Part shown: one piece after another, positions 24,784 through 41,103 of the stretch
Numbering within the stretch: position 1 is the stretch's first letter
Layout of the letters: every line of letters starts with the position of its first letter
Translations under genes and position numbers: made by a program
From: Nemertoderma westbladi
Taxonomy: Eukaryota; Animalia; Xenacoelomorpha
Assembly (NCBI GenBank): GCA_032718475.1
Contig: JAUCBJ010002722.1
Span: forward strand, 124,001 to 188,000
Reading direction: 5' to 3'
DNA: 64,000 nt
Notes under the pieces: model-generated
Seen by the model: the letters and a program-made list of their open reading frames with translations, nothing else
Told to the model about the DNA's origin: nothing
The model's database searches: none

Positions 24784-25318
24784 TTGTTTGCATTTTTCTT
24801 CATCGGTGTAGTCTTCGCAAGTCGAAGTCATCCAGCAATCTTCTATCCTGATATACCCCACGGCTTTGATCTCTTCATTATTAACTGTAGTTATTGGATG
24901 TAGAATAAGCGACATGAAGTGCATTCTGTTGTATTGACACCTTGCAAATCTACATACCATGGGGCGTCTGGTATAATGTCGGGGCGTGATGATTTATAAG
25001 TGCCCATGGCGTACTCATACATACAACAAATTCCAGCTACCTGTGCAACCTCTTCTGTAACTATAGAAACAGCGACCATCAGTAGCAGATTATTAGCATA
25101 CTCCATATTCAATTGTTATGTTGCCAGGCAGATGTATCCTTGACCAATTAAAAATGGTTATTGACACAATTATATTTTTTATACTTTATTCTTAAATTGA
25201 TAATTTAATACGTTATTTTTTGAAGAAAACGAGGTTTGAATCTGTTAAAAATTCAAATTAATTTAGAAATTGACAGAGAAAACTTTAAGTTAGAAAATCA
25301 TTAACAATATATGAAGAC

Positions 25319-25357
25319 TGTGGGGTGAGCCACGAAGTAAGATGACCCTTAGCATAT
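25319..25357 (-). mobile_element. Isolated terminus of the GTGGGGC/GCCCCAC Helentron-like family
   Basis: TGTGGGGTGAGCCACGAAGT...CCCTTAGCAT is the reverse complement of the GCTAAG...CTTCGTGGCTCGCCCCAC end seen near 36340-36375 and 55612-55644. Confidence 0.6.
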
Positions 25358-25454
25358 TCCTACTCAACCTATTAAAATCAAGTTATATTGGTGTTGTAAG
25401 GGTCTAAGCCACCCACCCCATTTCCTCCACCCCACCCCGTTCCCACCCCAGTTC

Positions 25455-28400
25455 ATGGCAACACGGATTCGGTCGGTAGTCAAATTCTACCCCAGCTTAT
25501 ACGGATCACTCCTACAGAAAATATTCCGGTTGGAGATCGTGAATAAATACAAACAGCTCTCTCGATCACAGGTTTGTTTTCGCACGTTTCACAACAGGCT
25601 TCTAAGAGAAGCCCAAGCTACAGGTGACTACAGCGCGATTGATTTCCTAACCTTTTGGTTACCTATCGTAGCCAACCGCGAAACTGAAGCCTCATGTAAC
25701 CGTTTGGATTACCAATTCGATTATAACATGTGCTTCTATGCAATGGACCTGGCCCTAACGCTAGATGTAGCTAACAACCCCGGAGCGCGGCTATCACGTG
25801 ACCTCCAACCCGATGACCCACTATCTACCAACCCCTTTCTGATCATGGAGGCTAGAATCAATAATCTATCTACATTATCCACATTATCCACATTATACCA
25901 TTACGTATTATACCACATTATCCAAGGACCAAGAAGAGCTACTTGGGCTGGGATTTAGCTACATCCCTCACTGGGGCACTACATCCGCCCATTGGTTTGA
26001 ACCAAAGTAGATGTTTCCATTGCTGCAACTAAATTGCGCAACAGACACAAACGCTTAAACAGCCTAGCGATGACACCTCCAATTACTAAGGTATCTGCTA
26101 CCCTAGGTAGCACACTGACCCCACAGAAAGGGAGCGCTGCCCCCCACCCCCCCCCCCCCCCCCCCGTTTATTAAACCCAAACGGCTAACAACTTAAGAAG
26201 CATGTACGCGATGCACATCCAGGGAGACGGCATTGTCTCTTTCCCACTGTTGAACAGCCAACCCTCACACATAGCCTTCCACCCAACACATCTCCCATAC
26301 CAAATGTGGGTGTAGGCACCCAATCTGCGTATAACAATCTGCGTGGATGTGGCTAGTACCCACAGGATTGAACCGAGTTTATCGAGAACTACTACTTCGT
26401 GGAAGGCTTGCGAGCCTACCGAACAACGGAGAGCCATAGATCCCAGACCACAATGAACTCGACCAAGAATAATACGCTAAACGCCAAGCCGCCAACCACC
26501 GTATCCCGACGACAGTGACTCACCTAGCGACACGGAGTCGACGGAATGGGAAATATTCTGTACTGGAGTGGCGGGAGGCGATTATAAACGGGAAGAAAGA
26601 TCTACAAACCCGTACATTGACAACCCTCGAGACCACGAGAAACCACGAGAAACACCCCGGCAGAAACCCATGTCACAACCGGCTGAGACAATTAGCGCCA
26701 ACCAACTCACCAAGATAATGCGACCTGTAGCGGACTGACTGGCTCAGATCGAAGAGCGGCTCGAAGCCCCACCATCGGATCGATCACGGACCAGCGTGGA
26801 ATTAGAACAACCTCGACCACAGCGACCACCGTATAGAGAACCGGAGGCCAGACAAACTCCGAATCATCGAGGAGAGGATCCCGTTAATATCTCGTATCGA
26901 CGAACAATGTACGGATGATAACGACTGGACGCTATTACCGAACAGGGATGCGGACAGTTGAATTTAGTCAACGAGATTGCTAAGTTTACAGCCAGACACA
27001 GATTGCCAGACAGACAACCGTCGAAGTTCTCTGGCAACACGAAACACTGGCATACGCTGGTCGACTATGTAGAGTCCCAGATCACTATGTGTGCTTTCAC
27101 CTCGATGGAGAAGTTTAACTACTTGCTCCAAGTTCTATCCAGTGAGCCGAAGAGATTAGCGGAGACCTTTATCGGTGTTCTGAACGCCTTTGAGTTGGCA
27201 TACGACCATTTATTTTCCATACACGGCGGTAATGTAGCCATGGCTAAATCCATTATAGAAGATAGACTGTAGAGGCGGACCCATTTTGAAACCAATTGAT
27301 CTTCTATGACTTGCGGATAAAATGAAGAATGCTATAGGGACTTTACGGTCCATCGGTCAACTCGGGTACACCAATGCGGCGACAGTTCTAATTAGGATCA
27401 TCGGTAGACTCCATCATCGGTTTCACCGAGAATGGTGTCGGATAGAGTACCAGCGTGAAGAGGCCGACGGGCTATTAAAACTCACCGACGTTTATCAGTT
27501 GAATTTGCGGGAGGCCGTGGTTGAGATGTGGTCTAGCTATACGGACCATCATATAGCGGCAGAAGGGATTGCTATAGTTGCGCCAAATCGGACCAAACAA
27601 CCTCCGATGAACTTGAAAGCCGTAACCTATGCCACCCCAATGGATACTTCCAAGGTTCTGACGCCTATCGGCACCAAACAGCCACGACAACAGTTGCCGG
27701 CGGACTTTGTGGGATGCCCATACTGCGAGCGGAACGGCAGAAAGTACAGCAAGACACAGATTACATGAATGTCACGCATTTAAGGATTTAGGAGTTGAAG
27801 ATTCGTCCGTTGGATTCTTGCTGGAGATGTACCATACCTGGACATATCCGGAAGGACTGCCCAAACGATGTCACATGTCCTCTGTGTGGACGTAACCATG
27901 ACGCGTTGCTTCACACTACGAGTCATACTCCGACCAAATATTTTCGACGAGAACATCCCAATAAAGCGGCTAGATGTGACGCACTTTACAAAGAGTGCGT
28001 GCCGCGCAAAAACCGCACTTTCTATACAGATTATGTAGGATCAATCAGGTTCGTCGGACGAGGACGAGGAGGAGGATGAAACCTTTTACTTGCATGCGGG
28101 ATAGGAACAATCATCTGTGACACTCCTTACACAGAACCAGTTGAAGGGTTTCAGTGTGATTCCCATTAAGATCACTGGAACTCGAGGGAGCAAACGTATA
28201 TATGCTATCTTGGACTCTGCATCATTGCATAGTTACATTGACGTACAAGAAGTCGACATAGTTACGGACATGAGCCAAGGTAAGACTGCTCAGTATATTG
28301 TTAATAGCATGCATGGTAAGAGAGCAATACATGTGACGAGAGTCAAATTAACCTTAGATACTCTTCTTTCCAAAGTGGAACATAGCCAGGAGGAATGCTC

Positions 28401-30950
28401 ACTACTTCCGGTAAGGAGTTTGACCTTTGCTGCCACCAAGGACTTTAGTAACCTACTTGGTCCTGTGCCAGAGCAATCCCCGCAGGACGTAAGTATTTCC
28501 GACATCTTCGAATACCGGAATGTCCTGTTAATTTTCGCTCAATTGCGATGTTAATTGGGACAGACCAGTTCAACTTGCATCAAGTATGGGAGACACGACC
28601 ATATGTAGTAACAGGGGGCAACCCTTACGCGCTTGTAGAACTCCCATAGGTTGGTATACGAGAGCGCCTGTGTGTTCACTAGAGGTAAGTGACCAGGAGG
28701 ACGAGGTATTGAGCACGTATAGTTTACTAACTACTACGTTAGCTAATTCTCCTTCACACTCCTGTGGTTCCACAGACAGTACCATGACAGACTTACATCA
28801 CTACTGACACCGACGTAACAGATCTGGACGAGACCACACGGACCTCAAAAATACAGCTCTTGCAGCAAAAAAGGTTGTATCGACCACCGAAGACCAAAGG
28901 GTTGTTGCTGTGGATGACTCGATGAATGAGGATCTTGGAAGATTTGCGAGCCTACCGACAGATCCAAAGGTCATTGACCCCATCCATCAGGCTTCGACAC
29001 CAGTCGCTGATCTTGAAAGGCTTGCGAGGCTACTGACAGATCAAAGGGTTGTCGAACCTCCTCAAGACGTTTCGATGCTGACTAGTGACACCGGAAGGCT
29101 TGCGAGCCTACAAGCCACATTGACACTAGCCACCGCAGCGGATGATTATGTAGACGAGGACCATGGCGCAGTGCAAGCAGCGCTTGACAGATTGCTGACT
29201 GAGAAAACCATCAAATGGTTGGAACAGGACTCAGCAGAACCCGGTAGTTACGAGACTGCTATGTCAGAACAGGAAAAATGGTCATTAAAGATTATGAAGG
29301 ATACCATTTGCCAGACCGCGAATGGCCACTACGAAGTTGGAATGTTGTGGCGCCATGGACAACCTAAGCTCGTCGACAACTACCCGCTTGCATTGAGACA
29401 ACTCAAGTTGATACGGCAGCGGCTGTTGCGTCATGATTCGGCCCGTATGCCATACAACGCACAACTTCAGACGTATCTCCAAAAGGGATACGCAATTAGG
29501 ATGACAAACCCTGGGGTAACGGCAGACCAAACATATTACCTGCCACATCACTTTATTTGACATCCGGACAAACCTGGCAAAGTGCGCGTAGTCAACGACT
29601 GCGCCGCACTTTACCAAGGAATGTCTATAAACAGTGATTTGATGGACGGGCCGAATATGAATAATTATCTCATGGGAGTCCTAATGCGTTTTAGACAACG
29701 CAAGGTGGCCTTCACCTGTGATGTAGAAGCCATGTTTCACCAGGTTAAAGCTTTGGAGCGGGACAGGGACAGTTTGAGGTACCCGGACGGAAACTTAGAT
29801 CTTCCGCCAGAAACTTACCAAATGCAGGTAAGAGTTTTTGGGGCCTGGGACAGCCCCAACTGCACCATGTATGCATTAAAGCAAACTGCGTTAGACAGAC
29901 GAGACAAACTAGACCCAGAAGTAGTTTGGACAGTGGAGCGGGATTTTTAATTTTTACGTGGATAACGGCCTCAAGAGTTGTGACACTCTGGAGCGTGCTA
30001 CAACCGTAGCACACCAACTCCAAGATTGTCTCGCCGAGGGCGGATTCCGCCTCACCAAATTGCTTCAAATAAATCCGAACTAGTGAACTCATTTGACCAG
30101 TTGGATCGTAGTGGGGGTGACCTAGATCTAGACCTAGAACCTCTACCTACGACCAAAGTATTAGGACTTAGTTGGGACCTGAACACCGACAACTTTAGGG
30201 TATGGGTAAGGGCCAACGACCAGACGAGACCTCTCACTAAGAGGACCTGCTTATCGACCATGAGTCGTTTGTATGACCCACTGTGTTTCATCAGTCCAGT
30301 AATCCTACATGCTAGGATACTCCGCAGCATTTGGCAGGCCGGACTGGAATGGGATGATCCCATCCCAGAAAAGCTAGCCGAGCAATGGAGGAACTGGGAG
30401 GCACAACTGACATTCTTACAGGACTATACGATCCCTTTGGTATACTTTCCTTTACAGGCCATCTTTCCTGCCGATCTGGAGCTTCACAGCTTCAGCGACG
30501 CTAGTAAGGATGGGCTGGGGGTTACTCTATACCTCAGACGACAAGTGACTTTGGACAGCTACGAAGTATCTCTCGTTACTTCAAGGGCAAAAACCATGCC
30601 ACTGAAGTATATGACTGTACCTCGTGGAGAGCTACAAGCCGGGACGATATCCACCGCTATTGTCAGTCTAGTTCAACGCGAACTGGAGGCTAACTTGAAG
30701 CTAACTCGAACTTTGGTGCATAAACAACGAAACATTTCAGTTCAAACTTTCGTAGCCAACAGGTGGGCTGAAATACTGGACCTGACGTTCTGTGATTATA
30801 ACGACTGACAATAAAAACTCAGTTATTTCAACGGCCTTTGGCCTAATATATATCCAGACTACAAGTTTAGCAGCCTATGGACGCGGCGACGCGTATAACT
30901 CACACACTGGTCGGGATTCATTACTGCCAACTCCGGTGGATCCCGTCACA
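25455..30950 (+). mobile_element. BEL/Pao LTR retrotransposon 2 (decayed gag-PR-RT-RH; integrase deleted)
   Basis: Gag DUF1759-like RLPDRQPSKFSGN...EKFNYL (26958). Zinc knuckles CPYC, CWRCTIPGHIRKDC and CPLCGRNHDALLH. Protease YAILDSAS (28117). RT HYEVGMLWR, YYLPHH, DVEAMFHQV, FYVDN. RH HSFSDAS and VPRGELQA. Joins an LTR 3' part at 30785. Confidence 0.9.
30785..30950 (+). repeat. 3' portion of an LTR of the same family as 44378-45003
   Basis: Reverse-complement match to 44378-44544, with AATAAA and a TCACA end. Confidence 0.88.
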
Positions 30951-31308
30951 CCTGGTATGATTGCCTGCTGTCGTTGGCAGCAGTTTTGTTTAAATAAACA
31001 AATTTAAATTTAAATATTGCCAAAATTATTAGAAAAAGATGGAGATCCCTGCCAATTTTGGAAATTGTATTAATAAATAAATTGTTTTATTATCTGTATT
31101 TTATTTGTGCCACATAAAATACTTAGGACTTACTTGCATAGACTGCGATACACATTCCACGGAGAATGGCAATATCCATGCAGTGGTTGTAGAGAATGAC
31201 CCCATACTTACTTATAGGCTATAGGCTAGCGGAAGAGAATGAGGTTATACGAGATACAAGTGAATAAGTATGTGTGTGAGAGAGAAAGTTAAAACGACTT
31301 TGTTTTAT

Positions 31309-34156
<2,848 letters not shown>

Positions 34157-35014
34157 TTAAATAAACTTCAAGAAATCTCACGTGTTTACTGTATTACACG
34201 TGTTAATTACTGTACTGAGGCAATTATGTGGAGATTGTTAGGGATAACGAGTTGTGTTGACCTAAGAACCTTAGACCTTAGGAGTAAACCTAAGGACCCC
34301 CAACTGGTTGCAATGATAGCCGAATCAATATGAACGATGTTGGTATCCACACATACACTATAGAGTGCAGCTTGGTGGATATAGGAGCGATCAATGTTCT
34401 ACTAATATACGTTATACACGTTAGTGAAGCAGAATAGTTATATTTGGTAGCAGATAGGAAGCAATGTGTTGTATACACAACATATGGAGTAATGAATCCC
34501 ATGTACATAGATGGGACGGTTCCTGTAGAATATGTACCAATAATATGAAAACTATGAAAATATGACAACAGGTTTTTCCATTCATTTTCATTCATTTTTT
34601 CAAAATCTACTTAGCCTATCAGCCCCAAAAAGTAACGGTCTAGACCTAATACCTGCCGTTTTCTTAAGGATGGTGCTGAAGTACTTAAAGTGCCTATTAC
34701 ATTTATTATTAATTACTCTATCGTAGATAATGTAGTACCAGACGAACTGAAATTAGCTAAGGTTGTTCCTCTGTATAAAAAGAATAGTAAAGTAGAACCC
34801 TGTAATTACAGACCTGTTAGTATCTTAAGTATTGTATCTAAGATTCTAGAACGTTCTGTTTTTCTACAGCTGCAAGCACATCTTAATAGGCTAAATCTGA
34901 TCTATGAACTTCAGTCCGGTTTTCGTAAATCATATTCTACAGACACCTGTCTTATTAACTTAACTGATACAACTAGAATGCCAGCAAGCTGGCTATAAGA
35001 AGACCGTCTATAAG

Positions 35015-36377
35015 ACACGAAGTGGGGCCTTCGCGCAGCACGTGACTTAAATTTAATTTAAGTACTAATTCGAAAGTATTACTGTATTAGCAAATTTTAA
35101 GCAGATTTCGCCTAATCACTTTTTACCTCTTTCATTTCTATTCAGACATTTCTGACTCTAGCGGTATAGTGAGAACTGAAGATGGATTAGGGTCTCCAGC
35201 CCCACAAAGACACAGCCTATGGATGAATAGTACATACGTACATCGGCCAAGTTTCATCTTGAATAACGGATAACGAAATGAGAGACGGATCTCACTTTCA
35301 GAAATTTCGTCGTATAGCGGCAGACCGATTAAATCTCCCCCCCCCCCCCCCCCCCCCCCCCCCACAAAGACGCAGCATGTGGTCCAGAATATATGGCAAG
35401 ATTCAGCTTAAACTGATTAAAATCAATGAGACGGGAGAATCTATTCACTTTCAGGCATAAAGTAGTCCTATAGCGGGTGACTGTTGAACTGATTTTCAAC
35501 AAAACAAATTTTCAACTTGGCAGCTTTAAATTCGACAAAGTTATAAGCATGTCAATATCATAACGACGACAACGATTTCACTTTCAGACATTTGGCAATC
35601 TAGCGGCAGACTGGAGAACTGCAGATGGATTCGCCTCCTTTGAAAGTCACAGCTAATGGTCTAATACATATCTGCCAAGTTTCAGCTTAAACGGATTAAA
35701 AGCAAAGAAATGGGAGGGCATTTAATGTTTAGACATGTGGCCCTCTAGCGGGAGACCATTGCACTGATGGTGTCTGAAAGTCTCTCAAAAATCTCAACTT
35801 TAGCTCATATTGATACCTACAAATTTTCAACTTGGCAGCTTTAAATCCGACAAAGTTATTAGCATGTCAAAATCGTAACGACGACAACGATTTCACTTTC
35901 AGACCTTTGGCCCTCTAGCGGCAGACTGGAGAACTGCAGATGGATTCGCCTCCTTTGAAAGTCACAGCTAATGGTCTAATACATATCTGCAAAGTTTCAG
36001 CTTAAACGGATTAAAAGCAAAGAAATGGGAGGGCATTTAATGTTTAGACATGTGGCCCTCTAGCGGGAGACCATTGCACTGATGGTGTCTGAAAGTCTCT
36101 CAAAAATCTCAACTTTTGCTCATATTGATACCTACAAATTTTCAACTTGGCAGCTTTAAATCCGACAAAGTTATTAGCATGTCAACGACGACGACGACGA
36201 CGACGACAACGACGACGACGACGACGACGACAACGACGACGACGACAACTATTTGCATAAATTGACCCACCCCCTAACAGTGTCAATTCGCTAAGGCTCC
36301 GCCAACTTCGTGGCTCGCCCCACCCCCTAACAGTGTCAATTCGCTAAGGCTCCGCCAACTTCGTGGCTCGCCCCACA
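35015..36377. mobile_element. GTGGGGC-family Helentron-like element with tandem units of about 315 bp, a (GAC)n tract and a duplicated terminus
   Basis: Starts ACACGAAGTGGGGCCTTCGCGCAGCACG. Units begin near 35505, 35820 and 36135. (GAC)n at 36184-36248. The terminal CACCCCCTAACAGTG...GGCTCGCCCCAC occurs twice. Confidence 0.65.
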
Positions 36378-36948
36378 ACAAAACTAAAATCCTAATCCCC
36401 AATCAAATATCAATCGCAATCAATATGTAAACCCTTCCCACCCTCCATGCAGCCGTGGAGAAAGCAGAATTAATGCCATGACCAGTTTGGAGTTCTCAAT
36501 AGACAACCCACCCCAACCATTGGATTTACTGAGACACACTCAACACTCTGGCAAGCTTGCTACCTGTCTTCCCAGCTAGCCAGAGTTAAATAATTATACA
36601 TCGTTGCTATGATACAGATAAAATCCTTCCCTATTCGCTACCATAGGCAAAGTTCAGGCTGCGTGAGGGAATATTACATATTTATACACTATTTTATTTT
36701 CAATCAATAAATAATCATACATCTTTATATTAAACACTCGAATAAAGTACAAACTTTGTGAGAATGGGACATGGCAAATCGACCTGTGCTATTTTTATAC
36801 AGCAAGAGCTTAATTTTACCCGCTTAAATAATTAATAACCGAAATAAGAACCCAAATAATCGATACATTTCTTTGTACAGTATAGTTGGCCATGAAGTAG
36901 AGCACTTCTTACCCTTCCAAGCCAAAATCAATGTGTATAAACATACAG

Positions 36949-37820
36949 ACACGTTCGTGAGGCCATCGCGCAGGACGAGGCTCAGATATCAGATACAGAT
37001 TAAAATTGAGCGACTGTATCACAAAATCAGGTTTTGAGAAATTTACCCACACCACCAATCAATCAAAGAAAGGGGGACAGTACGTGTTCACCCCTTTTAA
37101 TCTGCACCCCCCCCCCCCCCCTTCCCACCCACCAGTAATTTATAACTACCAATGCCTTCAACGCAGTAGGCAGTACTCGTCTTCATTATTATAAACGTCG
37201 TTGTGCTCGTCCTGTTTGGTATTTAAACATATTTCCTAAACGTACTGGCTGCCTATTACAGTACAATTCCCCGCTGCCCTGGTGCCAGCTAGCAGCTCTA
37301 CACCCCCGCAGAGACTATGTTGACCAATAATGGGAAGGATTAAATTTGTACTCAATAATTGTGCCGCTTTAATTACGTTTAGATCAATTAAAGACACATT
37401 TATTAAAGCAAATCACTTGAACTAATTAAAAACTATAATGGAATGTTGTATGGCGATTACAGATGTATAACTTTTAAGTATAATTATTAAATCTTATACT
37501 AGAAAATAATTAATATCCTTTAAGGAGGCAGGTTGAAATTGATGTTTTTACCATAATCAACTTAATTAACTAATTAACCGCTATTATCTTAGCTTCTTGA
37601 AGGCCACGCGAAAACTCCACTTGGAAAATTTCTAAACTTTGGCCAGACTATATGTGTACCAAGTTTGGTTAAATTTCATTAACATTTGGCTGAGTTATTA
37701 ACGTTTAACATTGGACACGACAGAATAACAGAACAACAGATGGACAGATCAACAGACACACCGATTGAGTTAGTGGTACCTGTATGCTAAGCTCGCTTAC
37801 TTTCATCGCTCGCCTCACAA
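36949..37820. mobile_element. GTGGGGC-family Helentron-like copy
   Basis: Homologous to 54000-55645: shared AAAATTGAGCGACTGTATCACAAAATCAGG start, TTTAGATCAATTAAAGACAC core, ACAGA microsatellite and GCTCGCC(C/T)CAC end. Confidence 0.65.
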
Positions 37821-37885
37821 ACACACATACGTTTTTTTTAACAGCAAGAAGCCATGACGGTCTTCTAATTAGATGTAATAACGCA

Positions 37886-40548
37886 GTTATTACATAACGT
37901 AGTTATCCATCCCTACCTATCTATCCATCCTATATAACGTAGTTACCCATCCCTCAACCACAAAATGAAACTAAATGTAGAAGCACACACACTCAACCAA
38001 GATACCAGTGGGCGAAAACCCCAAGCTCAAAACTAGATGAATATAATTCAATGGTTGCAAACGAACTCAATATTCTTGAACATGAATTTCCACAATCTCC
38101 GTCCTCATGGAGTTTTGACACAATGGAAAATTATATGCTTGCTCTGACAAATATTCTGCAAGTAGCTGCATTAAAATGTATTAATCAAGTCAAAGTCCGC
38201 AGGAAAACCAAGAATATTCGGATACGCAACAATAGACTTCATGAGTATTCACGAACTACCAAAAGGCTTCACAACGCATGGTCACATACTGTAAACAAAG
38301 ACACGGAGTACGGAAACAAACTGCACACTGCTTTTCGGGAGTCCAAAAAGGCAACCAGGAACCTACGGAATTTTCTAACGGCCAACAGATTACAGGACAA
38401 GGTTCGATTTTATTCTAACAAGAGAATTAAAGAGCCCAAACAATTCTGGCACTTTTTCTCAACCAAAAGAAGTGAACCACCAACCACCTCCTCCATCACC
38501 ACACAGGAATCTATACGCAACTACTATAAGGACAGTTTGGGAACCCCAGCAAAATTGGACACCGAGACTAAAGAAAATATTAAGGATCAAGTAAACAAAA
38601 GGTGCTTAAATTCTCAAACACCGGTTATACCAGTTACATGGATCCAGAAAGCCATATTGTCTCTATCTCAAGGAAAGGCACCTGACCGCGAATCCCTAAC
38701 CATAGAACATCTCACCCATACTGACAGCGACACCATATGCGAGCATATAAGAAAAATTCTAGAATGCGCCTTAAATATTGGCCGGCTGACAACTCAATTT
38801 GGCAACACAGCAGCCACTAGTATATACAAAGGAAAAGGGAAGAGCACAAATAACGGGAAATCATATCGGGTAATATGCGCAATAAGCATCTTTGGAAAAG
38901 TGTTTGAGGCCCTGGTGCTAAAACACTATTTAGCAGATCTCTTGCAGAATGAACACCAAGTTGCATATAAAAAGAATATTGGCGCAGATTTTGTAGTTGG
39001 AACAATACTGGAAGCAATTGAGAACCAACGTGAACATGGGAAGCAAGTGTATGTTTGTCAGATGGACATCCAGGCTGCTTTCGACAACGTGGATCTTTCA
39101 CATCTGTTTAAGAAACTCTCGGCTGCTATAGATCCACACATCTGCCGCTTACTTCTCGACTACTATGCGATTGGGCGAATGTTCTTTCGTTTCGGTAACA
39201 GTATTGACAAAGTAGGATTTCTAGTCAAACGTGGCATAAAACAGGGATCACTAATCTCACCATACCTTTTCAATTTCTATACCGCTGACAGTACCGCTAG
39301 TCTGAAGAACAAGGGATTTTTGGCTGTATCAGTAATGGGATTTGGATAGGCTGCATAAGCTATGCCGATGATATTATACTTTTAAGTACGAACCCAAATG
39401 ATATAGAAACCATGGCTGAGGAAATTCAAAGCCATCTCAAATCCATTGGACTAGAAATCGAGCAGCAAAAGACCAGATGGATGGCCACTCAATCAAACAC
39501 GTCCACGAACCTTACACCGACATTTCTAACTATTAATGACAACTTAGTTGCGGCATCAAAATCACTAAAACTCCTAGGTTTCAAAGTTAATGCCACAAAA
39601 ACAAATATATATAATGAGTGCATCAAATCTATTACTGTGGTGAGTGAAACTTTCAAACGAACTGGGTGGACTGCAAAGCATGTTAAAGTCAACGACCTCG
39701 CAACCTTATGGAACTCGTATGCCAAACCAATTATTCTCTATAATTTAATATTCCAGATGGGAGCCTTAACAGAGGAGGAAAGGGGAGCTGTAAATGTCCA
39801 TTATAGGAAGAAACTACGCAGCCTCCTACATGTCGGTAGCTATGTAAGTAACTCTGTAATTCTAAAATTATTTAGGACAAACGACTTAGACATCGAATCC
39901 TTCCGTGCGGCCATTGGACTATTAATTCGAATGCAGCGCGCGCCCAACGGCATCCTACAACCAGTCCTACGGTGCAACTTGCAATTTAACTCTTCAGAAC
40001 GGTCTCTACCAATCTATCAGGGCCTTGCCTCAACTTTTGTAAAATGCAAGAAGTATTTCCCCTGCCCTTCGCTACAATCAATGTTACTATGACTACAACA
40101 AGAAATCAATATTAGAAAACATTTGTAATGGATCACAATCGGCTAAAGACGTGGCAAGCGAGAAGTACATACAGGGAATATACGACTTGGAAACAATTAA
40201 CTTTAAAACAAAACACGATAAAATTATTCAATACTTCGCCATTACCGCTTGATCCTTTTACCATTTAATGTATATTTAATTAATTTGAATTAATTTAATT
40301 AATGTGAAGTGTGGAAGGAATGTAACTTGTCTCTCATCATTATTACATCTGTTGTAATTCTCCTTTGTGTTTATGATGTATCTTACCTGACATGTTTCTA
40401 TAACCTTGTTTCGTGAACTATGCCACATTTGCAATCTACTTATATTACGCGTATCATCTGTTTTTATTCGTGCTGAGCACTTTTATTTCATAATGTCAAC
40501 ATATAATGTCAATTTTTATTTGATTAAATACAAATGAATGAATGAATG
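37886..40548 (+). mobile_element. 5'-truncated LINE, RTEX-like RT (one frameshift)
   Basis: ORFs 38051-39349 and 39412-40092: GKAPD, YKGKGK..SYRVI, QVAYK, DIQAAFDNV, GIKQGSLISPYLFNFY, ISYADDIILLS (after a frameshift near 39325), LKLLG. (ATGA)n tail. TSD AACGCA at 37880-37885 and 40549-40554. Clade call is by motif resemblance. Confidence 0.8.
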
Positions 40549-41103
40549 AACGCAAAGGGTTTATATACTGGTATGGTAATGTTGGACCTACAAAAGGCTT
40601 TCGATACTGTAGATCACGAAATTCTGCTTGGTAAGTTAGGCCTGATGGGTGTAGGTTCTATAGACTGGTTCAAGTCCTACCTGTCAGACAGATGCCAAAC
40701 TGTAGTCATTAGCAAATCGCAGTCTTCTGTACAAGAGATTACCTGTGGTGTACCGCAAGGTTGTATATTAGGTCCTCTGCTTTTTGTATGCTATGTAAAT
40801 GATATGATAAGTAGTATAGATCCCGATTTTAAACTCATTTTATATGCCGACGACAGTGCTCTTATTTTCTCTCATAAAGATCCTATCCATATTTCCCAAA
40901 AGTTAAGTGCAGTTCTAGAATCCTGTAATGAGTGGTTGGTTGATAATAAGCTATCCATTCACTACGGTAAGACTGAAAGTATTTTGTTTGGTTCCAAAAG
41001 AAAGTTAAAGAAGGTAACTAAGTTTGAAGTCACTAGTAATGGACATAAGATTGAAAATAAAAAGGAAGTTAACTATTTAGGCGCCACATTGGATAACTGC
41101 TTA

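Larger units (their letters stand above)
34972..37867 (-). mobile_element. Helentron-like non-autonomous element (HINE) containing nested related elements
   Basis: SubTIR AGAAGACCGTC (34998-35008) / GACGGTCTTCT (37856-37866). Stem-loop GCCAGC-AA-GCTGGC next to a terminal CTAG. Inserted at T|T (minus strand) without TSD; removal restores the LINE frame exactly. Confidence 0.75.

Noticed and set aside
34200-34600. 101-aa minus-strand ORF or a LINE 3' end
   Set aside because: No recognisable motifs, and orientation and family could not be determined.
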